Source: Phycisphaerales bacterium (GTDB lineage Bacteria > Planctomycetota > Phycisphaerae > UBA1845). From it: a DNA stretch of 64,000 nucleotides. The notes beneath the pieces were generated by a model. It searched no databases and was not told the DNA's origin. It saw only the letters and a list, made by a program, of their open reading frames with translations. The position numbers were made by a program, and so were the translations under genes. The DNA lies in contig JADZBE010000031.1 in assembly GCA_020852275.1 (NCBI GenBank), forward strand, positions 49,250-113,249, written 5' to 3'. Position 1 is the stretch's first letter; each line of letters starts with the position of its first letter. Below, one piece after another: positions 58,315 through 64,000 of the stretch.

Positions 58315-58728
58315 GATGCCGCCTCCAAGAGAGTCCCTGCCGTCCCAAGCTCCGGCCGGCCCATCGACGCCGTTCCCATGCCGATTCAGCCTACGACGTT
58401 GAAGGCGAAATCGCAATCGAAATCCGACAGGCGAAACGGGGTCCGTCACGCCGGTTAGTGCATTTGCAAAACAGATGTTGAGACGGCGATGCAGCAAGCT
58501 CGAACAAGACGCATGATCGACTGGGGCGCAGTCGGTATTCCTCCGCTACTTCGGCCTGGCAACATGACGAACCTCGACGCACGCCGGCGGCGTTCGAGCT
58601 TGGATGAACTGCGCCGCGAACGAAGCGGCAGGGGCACGCCCGATCCAAACGGGGCCCGTGAGGGGGCGAAGCTCACCTGTCTGATGCGCGACCACAGGCA
58701 AGCGGCACCGCACAACAAACCCAAGAAA

Positions 58729-58748
58729 CGCTCCCTTACGGTCGCGGC
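58729..58748. repeat. GAGCCGCGACCGTAAGGGAGCG-family repeat (reverse)
   Basis: cgctcccttacggtcgcggc. Confidence 0.75.
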
Positions 58749-58954
58749 CCGGTAGGATGCGTCCGCTGCCGGCGTGACCTCCGGGGCAGCAAGCCTGCAT
58801 GGGCGGCGTACCCGCCTGCGCGGCAAACCCGCGGCGCTTGTGGCCCGTTCGCCGCAGACGTACTATCAAACCGACACGTCCGGCGACGAGCGGCGCGGCG
58901 CCGGCAACGGCCAAGGCCTCACGAAATGCGGCGAAGACACGCAGGGAGGACCAT

Positions 58955-59695
58955 GTGTTCACGCGACGGGTGAAGCGGATGGCGCGGATGAAGCGTATGA
59001 CACGGCTGAAGCGGATGGCGCGTTTGAATGGGTGGTCGATCGCCTTCCTGGCTTTCGCCGCGGCGCTGATGGGGGGCTGCGAATACCCCTACCGCTCGAT
59101 GCGCATCGACGGGCAGGAGGCGGTGCTGCAATCCGACTACGGGCGGGCGCGCGAAATCTTCATGAAGTGCCACGACCGCAAGCCCAACGACGCGGAGAAT
59201 CTCCACGACGTCGGCGCGATGAGCTACGTCATCGGCGAGGGACGGTTCAAGGAGCGCAACGCGCCCGCAGGTCTGCGCGAGTGCGACCGGGCGATCGATT
59301 TCTACGGGCGGGCGATCATGGCGCGCCCGAATTATCCGGCGGCGATCATGGGTCGCACCGCGGCGTTCGAGCTGAAGGGGCAGTTTGAAAAGGCCCTCAA
59401 GCAGGCCGAGTGGGCGTCGCGCTTCGTCGGTCCCATGGCCCGGCAGTACATCTTCCTGGCGCGCGAGCATGAGGACCGCGGCGACATGGACCTCGCCCGG
59501 CTCCGCTATCGCCAGGCGGTCGTGCTTGAACCGGACAACCCCGAGGCGCATCAGGCGTATGGCGAATTCCTGCAACGACGGAACCTTCATGACGAGGCGA
59601 GCGTAGAACTCCGGGAGGCCGAGCGGCTGTATGCGATGAAAGAGATGCCGACGCCGCCGTCGCTGCAGGGACAGGGCGGGGAGCCGCAGCCGTGA
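58955..59695 (+). CDS. TPR-repeat lipoprotein
   Basis: GGGAGGA RBS then GTG; lipobox LMGGC; helical repeats 'AIDFYGRAIMARPNY', 'YRQAVVLEPDNPEAHQAYG'. Confidence 0.85.
   Translation: MFTRRVKRMARMKRMTRLKRMARLNGWSIAFLAFAAALMGGCEYPYRSMRIDGQEAVLQSDYGRAREIFMKCHDRKPNDAENLHDVGAMSYVIGEGRFKERNAPAGLRECDRAIDFYGRAIMARPNYPAAIMGRTAAFELKGQFEKALKQAEWASRFVGPMARQYIFLAREHEDRGDMDLARLRYRQAVVLEPDNPEAHQAYGEFLQRRNLHDEASVELREAERLYAMKEMPTPPSLQGQGGEPQP
58971..59028 (+). repeat. 18-bp tandem triplication in the signal-peptide n-region
   Basis: tgaagcggatggcgcgga / tgaagcgtatgacacggc / tgaagcggatggcgcgtt, encoding KRMARM-KRMTRL-KRMARL. Confidence 0.85.
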
Positions 59696-59798
59696 CGCGA
59701 CCGTAAGCGGTTGCCGACGCGGTCGAAGCGCGAAGCATGATCACCGTCCGCGTGCGCCCAGTTTAGCGCCTCGGATGGATCGCATCCCGTGCAGAACG

Positions 59799-59994
59799 GA
59801 GCCGCGATCGTCAGGGAGCGACCGGTGCGGCGCCGATTGCGGGGACGCTTGCTGCAAGTCTTCGACTTGTTGGAGAGGCGCTGCCGCGCGCCCGAGGGCG
59901 CGATCGAAGTTCGGGACGTTCGCTCCCGCACGGTCGCGGCTCTGTGAGGCGCTGGTATTCTCACGGTCGCGGCTCTGTCAGGCGCTGGTATTCT
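59799..59994. repeat. Inverted doublet of the GAGCCGCGA..GT.AGGGAGCG family plus a 33-bp tandem duplication of its right end
   Basis: gagccgcgatcgtcagggagcg at 59799; cgctcccgcacggtcgcggctc at 59921; cacggtcgcggctctgt(g/c)aggcgctggtattct x2. Confidence 0.8.
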
Positions 59995-60021
59995 GCGACT
60001 CTACACCGGCCGGAATCGTCC

Positions 60022-61956
60022 ATGTGCGGAATAGCCGGGATCGTCCATTTCGACGCCGCGCCGGTGGACGCGGAGCGGCTCCGCGCGGCGGTGCAAGCGC
60101 TTCGCCACCGTGGCCCGGATCACCTCGGCGTGTGGATTCAGCGCGATGCGCCTGGCGCCGTCGGCTTCGCCGCCGTCCGGCTCGCCGTGCAGGATCCGCG
60201 GCCACAGGCCGACCAGCCCCTGACCGCTCTCGAAGGAAAAGTCGCGATCGCCTACAACGGCGAACTGTACAACGGCGACGAACTTCGCTGGCAACTTCAG
60301 GATGCGGGCTGGGTCTTCCACTCGACGGGTGACACGGAGATCGCGCTGGCGGCCTGCGCCACATGGGGCGAGGCCGCCCTCGCGCGGCTCGAGGGCATGT
60401 GGGCGCTGGCATTCTTTGATGCGCGCCGCGGCGAAGGCTTCATCGCGCGCGACCCAGTCGGGATCAAGCCGCTGCTCTATGCCGCCCATCCGCAGGGCTT
60501 GTGCTTCGCCAGCGAGTTGTCCGGTCTGGAAAAACTCGCATTCTGTGACCGACGCCTGGACCCGTCGTCCGTGCTGCACCATTTGCTGCTTGGCTACATC
60601 GCCGCGCCGAGCACGATTTACGAAGGCGCGAGGCGACTGCCGCCGGGATACCTGCTGGCGTTCACTCGCAACGGGGCTGCAGCGCCCCGCGCGTTTTTCA
60701 ACCTCGCCCGGCAGGTGCAGGACGCCCGTGCGGAGTTGTCCTCCATGTCCTACGGGGAAGCGCTGACGAACTTGCGAGAGCGCATCGCCCGATCCGTCGT
60801 CCGCCAGCGCGTCAGCGACGTGCCTCTCGGCTGCTTCCTCTCGGGCGGCGTGGATTCGAGCATCGTCGCCACGCACCTCGCTGAGGCTTCGAGCCGGCCC
60901 GTGGAGACTTTCTCGATCGGCCAGGCGGAGCACGCGATGTTCGACGAGTCGAACTACGCCCGCCTCGTCGCCGGGCGGATCGGCGCCGCGCACCACGAGT
61001 GGAGGCTGACGCAGCGCGAGGTGATCGACGCGATCCCCGCCGTCCTGGACCACCTGTCCGAACCGTTCGGCGACAGCTCGATCATCCCCACCACGCTGGT
61101 CTCGCGGCTGGCGCGGCGGCATGTCACCGTGGCGCTCTCCGGTGACGGAGCCGATGAGCTGTTCGGCGGGTACTGGCGCTACACCGCCCACGCGGCGCTG
61201 CGGAGCTACCAGCGAATCCCCGCCGTCCTTCGCAACGGCCTCCTCCTGCCCCTGCTGCGGCGCGCCGGCTCCGCGAAGTCGTCCCCGGGCGCGAACCGCG
61301 CGCGTCAGTTCCGCAAGCTTCTGCGCGCAGGCGGCGGCGACGCCCTCGCGCGGCACCTTGCCTGGGCGCGCATCCTCAGCCCCGAAGCGGAGCGCATTCT
61401 GCGTGAGCCGCAAGCACTGCGACACGCCGAGCAGGCGGTTCTCAGCACGGCCCGGCAACTCTCCCAACCCTTCGCGCCGCCGGATGACATGGACTCGGTC
61501 CTCGCGTTCGACGTGCAGTACGGTCTGCCGGGCGACATGCTGCACAAGGTGGACCTGGCGAGCATGTCGTGTTCGCTGGAGGTCCGCGTGCCGTTTCTGG
61601 ATCCGCAGGTGGCGGCGATGGGCTTGGCCATGCCCTTCGCGTGGAAAGTCGATCGAGGTCTGCGCAAGCGCATCCTGGTCGATGCTTACCGCGGCATCCT
61701 GCCGGACGCGGTGCTCGACCGCCCCAAGCAGGGCTTCGAGGTTCCCTTCGGCGAGTACCTGCGCGGGCCGCTGCGCAACCTGTTCGGCGACGTGGTCACG
61801 GCGAAAGCGGTGGAATCGTTTGCATTCCTGCGATTCGAAGGCATCGAGCAGATTCTTCAAGACCACCTGAATCGCCGCAGCGAGCACGGAGATCTGCTCT
61901 TCGCGCTCTTAAGCCTGTGCTGGTGGTCCCGACGGACGCCGGCCCCGTGCACGTAA
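60022..61956 (+). CDS. asnB: Asparagine synthase (glutamine-hydrolysing) family amidotransferase
   Basis: MCGIAG N-terminal Cys, HRGPD, YNGELYN, GMWALAFFD, RDPVGIKPL, FLSGGVDSS, LSGDGADELFGGY, EVRVPFLD, RPKQGF. Confidence 0.95.
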   Translation: MCGIAGIVHFDAAPVDAERLRAAVQALRHRGPDHLGVWIQRDAPGAVGFAAVRLAVQDPRPQADQPLTALEGKVAIAYNGELYNGDELRWQLQDAGWVFHSTGDTEIALAACATWGEAALARLEGMWALAFFDARRGEGFIARDPVGIKPLLYAAHPQGLCFASELSGLEKLAFCDRRLDPSSVLHHLLLGYIAAPSTIYEGARRLPPGYLLAFTRNGAAAPRAFFNLARQVQDARAELSSMSYGEALTNLRERIARSVVRQRVSDVPLGCFLSGGVDSSIVATHLAEASSRPVETFSIGQAEHAMFDESNYARLVAGRIGAAHHEWRLTQREVIDAIPAVLDHLSEPFGDSSIIPTTLVSRLARRHVTVALSGDGADELFGGYWRYTAHAALRSYQRIPAVLRNGLLLPLLRRAGSAKSSPGANRARQFRKLLRAGGGDALARHLAWARILSPEAERILREPQALRHAEQAVLSTARQLSQPFAPPDDMDSVLAFDVQYGLPGDMLHKVDLASMSCSLEVRVPFLDPQVAAMGLAMPFAWKVDRGLRKRILVDAYRGILPDAVLDRPKQGFEVPFGEYLRGPLRNLFGDVVTAKAVESFAFLRFEGIEQILQDHLNRRSEHGDLLFALLSLCWWSRRTPAPCT

Positions 61957-62043
61957 GCCGGCGCAGGACTTCCCGCCATGGAGAACCCCCTGCCTGGGGG
62001 AATCTCTGCCAAGGAGAACTCCCTGCCAAAAAGAACTCCCCTT

Positions 62044-62844
62044 GGGTGGCACGGGTCCGCAGCAGCGGACCCGTGGTGCCGCGTCAAGCGTGGCGCCCAA
62101 GACTCCAGCCGTGTCCCGCCGGTTTGAGCGAGCACGCTGCGATTCTCATATCGGCGAGTCCGGCGGTGCCTCGTCCATGGCCAATCGCACATCAGAGCGG
62201 CCCTCGTACCAGCGCGCGCTCGACCACTCCCAGTCCGACGGACACGCCGCCAGCCCACGACGAACCGGATTGTTGTGGATGTACTGCACGCAATTCCATG
62301 CAGTCCGCGCGCGGTCGATGTTGCGATCATATCCGCCGCCCGGCTGCCAGAATCCGTGCTCCGGTTGCCCGCCGGACGACGGAACGCGCATCCGGGCGAG
62401 CCATGAAGGATGAAACTCCTTCAAGAAATTCAGGGCCTTTTGCCCCACCGGCTGCTTAATGACCTTCAGAATGGCGGACATTCGATAATCAGGGCGTGTC
62501 GGCAGGAAGAGCACATGAACATGTTCCGGCATGATGACGTATGCCCACAGCTTGAGGGCAAGTATCCTCCGCGCGCGATCCAGTGAATCCACAAGCCACT
62601 CGCGGGTGCGGTCCTTACTGAGCAGAGGCAGTCGCCCATGACATGTGAATGTCAACTCGTGGGCACATCCCGGCGATTCCACGCAACGGCGAAACTTGCG
62701 AACACTGCCATCGGGGAGGAACATGCGGGGAGTTTAGTTCCGCGGACGGCGGGCTGCACTCCTTCGAGGACGTGGTTTGGGGAGGAGGCGCTCGTTGAAC
62801 CTGACGGATGCTCACGGGTCCGCTGCTGCGGACCCGTGCCACCC
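62044..62844. mobile_element. RAYT locus: HUH tyrosine transposase between two inverted REPs
   Basis: Exact 32-bp inverted copies of GGGTGG-CACGGGTCCGC-AGCA-GCGGACCCGTG at 62044-62075 and 62813-62844. Confidence 0.9.
62146..62724 (-). CDS. REP-associated tyrosine transposase (RAYT / TnpA-REP, Y1 HUH)
   Basis: HELTFTC, AYVIMPEHVH (HUH), FWQPGGGYDRNI, QYIHNNPVRRGL (catalytic Tyr), WEWSSA. Confidence 0.92.
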   Translation of the reverse strand: MFLPDGSVRKFRRCVESPGCAHELTFTCHGRLPLLSKDRTREWLVDSLDRARRILALKLWAYVIMPEHVHVLFLPTRPDYRMSAILKVIKQPVGQKALNFLKEFHPSWLARMRVPSSGGQPEHGFWQPGGGYDRNIDRARTAWNCVQYIHNNPVRRGLAACPSDWEWSSARWYEGRSDVRLAMDEAPPDSPI

Positions 62845-62916
62845 AGCGCGGACCCGTGTCACTCAGCGTGAACTCGGGTCTCCAGGTCAATCGACGTCGC
62901 CGCGGGGAGGAATTCC

Positions 62917-63705
62917 TTGTCCATCGTCGCCGTCATCCCGGCTCGTTTTGCCTCATCTCGCCTGCCGGGCAAGCCGCTCCTCCGCGAAACGGGCAAGTAT
63001 CTGATCCAGCACGTCTGGGAACTGGCGCTGCAAGCGCGAGGCCCGATCCATGACTTCTGCGTCGCCACGGACGACTCGCGCGTTCTCGACGCTGTGAAAA
63101 CTTTCGGCGGTAAGGCGGTTCTTACGCGGGCGGACCACCCCAGCGGCACCGATCGCGTCGCCGAGGTCGCCCGCGCGCTGAACCTTGCCCCGCGCGATTG
63201 GGTCATCAACATTCAGGGCGACGAGCCGGAAATCGACCCCGGCGCCCTCATCCGGCTGGCCTCGACGCTGGCGCAGCGCGGGGAGGATCCCGCCGCCGAG
63301 ATCTTCACCCTGGCGTCCCGGTTCTCGGACGATGGCCCGCGTCGCGGACCCGGCTCGCCCGCGGATCCGAACTGCGTGAAGGTCGTGGTGGACGTCCATT
63401 CCCGCGCGTTATACTTCTCAAGGAGCTTGACGCCGTACCCGCGAGCGACGCAGGGCGAGGTGGACCGGGCGTCGCGCTGGCTGCTGCATCTGGGCGTTTA
63501 CGCCTACCGCGCGGATGTCTTGATGCAAATCACCGATCGCGTTAAGATGCCGCCCAGTTCCCTCGAAGAGGCGGAGTCGCTCGAACAGTTGCGCTGGCTG
63601 GAGAACGGCCGGTCGATCTTTGTTTTGATCGTGGATCCCCAGGCGCCCGGCATTGACACGCCGGAAGACTACGCGGCCTTTGTGCGCCGGGCGAAGGGGA
63701 AGTGA
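62917..63705 (+). CDS. kdsB: 3-deoxy-manno-octulosonate cytidylyltransferase
   Basis: VIPARFASSRLPGKPL, VATDD, HPSGTDRVAE, INIQGDEP, VKVV...ALYFSRS.TPYPR, HLGVYAYR, ESLEQLRWLENG, GIDTPED. Confidence 0.96.
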   Translation: MSIVAVIPARFASSRLPGKPLLRETGKYLIQHVWELALQARGPIHDFCVATDDSRVLDAVKTFGGKAVLTRADHPSGTDRVAEVARALNLAPRDWVINIQGDEPEIDPGALIRLASTLAQRGEDPAAEIFTLASRFSDDGPRRGPGSPADPNCVKVVVDVHSRALYFSRSLTPYPRATQGEVDRASRWLLHLGVYAYRADVLMQITDRVKMPPSSLEEAESLEQLRWLENGRSIFVLIVDPQAPGIDTPEDYAAFVRRAKGK

Positions 63706-63848
63706 CGGTTACGCGGTCCGCAAGGGCCGTTGGAGGGGGGAAGCGCTCGGGCGTCCGGCGTAGGGCGCTCGATGAGGTTGGCGGGGCGAGGGTGTCGGCG
63801 AACGGCGGATCCGGCGCGGGGCGCGGCGGAGTCGCTGCCGCATCGGAC

Positions 63849-63890
63849 ACCCGGCCCGAAACCCGTGACCCGAAACCCGTGACCCGAGAC
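63849..63890. repeat. Heptamer tandem repeat (acccgtg/acccgaa, 14-bp period) just upstream of the pyrG start
   Basis: acccggcccgaa acccgtg acccgaa acccgtg acccgag ac. Confidence 0.8.
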
Positions 63891-63896
63891 GCGATC

Positions 63897-64000
63897 ATGA
63901 GCGCCGACGAAATCCTCTCCAGTGTCAGCCACGTTTCGGACGAGACCGAGTTCTACACCCCCCTTCCCGCCGGATACGCCAAGGGCCGGACCAAGTACGT
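63897..64000 (+). CDS. pyrG: 5' end of probable CTP synthase (truncated by the window end)
   Basis: MSADEILSSVSHVSDETEFYTPLPAGYAKGRTKYV ends in a TKY motif like the PyrG N-terminus and follows kdsB (kdsB-pyrG is a common gene order). Only 34 codons are visible. Confidence 0.55.
   Translation, partial: MSADEILSSVSHVSDETEFYTPLPAGYAKGRTKY

Overview
High-GC bacterial chromosomal segment (roughly two-thirds G+C by eye, not computed). Gene content suggests Planctomycetota, probably Phycisphaerae: DUF1559/H-X9-DG fusion, DUF1571, repeated CxxC-Y-L-G-CPECG zinc-ribbon membrane proteins and dockerin-like tails. About 45 real genes are present. They include housekeeping genes (rho, coaE, xseB, tkt, fabG-like, asnB, kdsB, start of pyrG), envelope and glycan enzymes, signalling proteins and secreted repeat proteins. 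Most long ORFs in the supplied track are antisense shadows. The main observations are: (1) a stand-alone retron-type reverse transcriptase (31987-32850, minus) preceded by a ~110-nt region with the layout of a retron msr-msd RNA and its own sigma70-like promoter, with no adjacent effector gene; (2) a REP-associated tyrosine transposase (RAYT) flanked by perfect 32-bp inverted GTGG-tagged REPs; (3) several REP-like families, including seven CGTC-tagged composites that all follow one rule (one 'B' variant facing one to four 'A' variants); (4) a lone paaA interleaved with three paralogous ~85-aa proteins where paaBCDE would normally sit. No rRNA, tRNA or CRISPR array was found.
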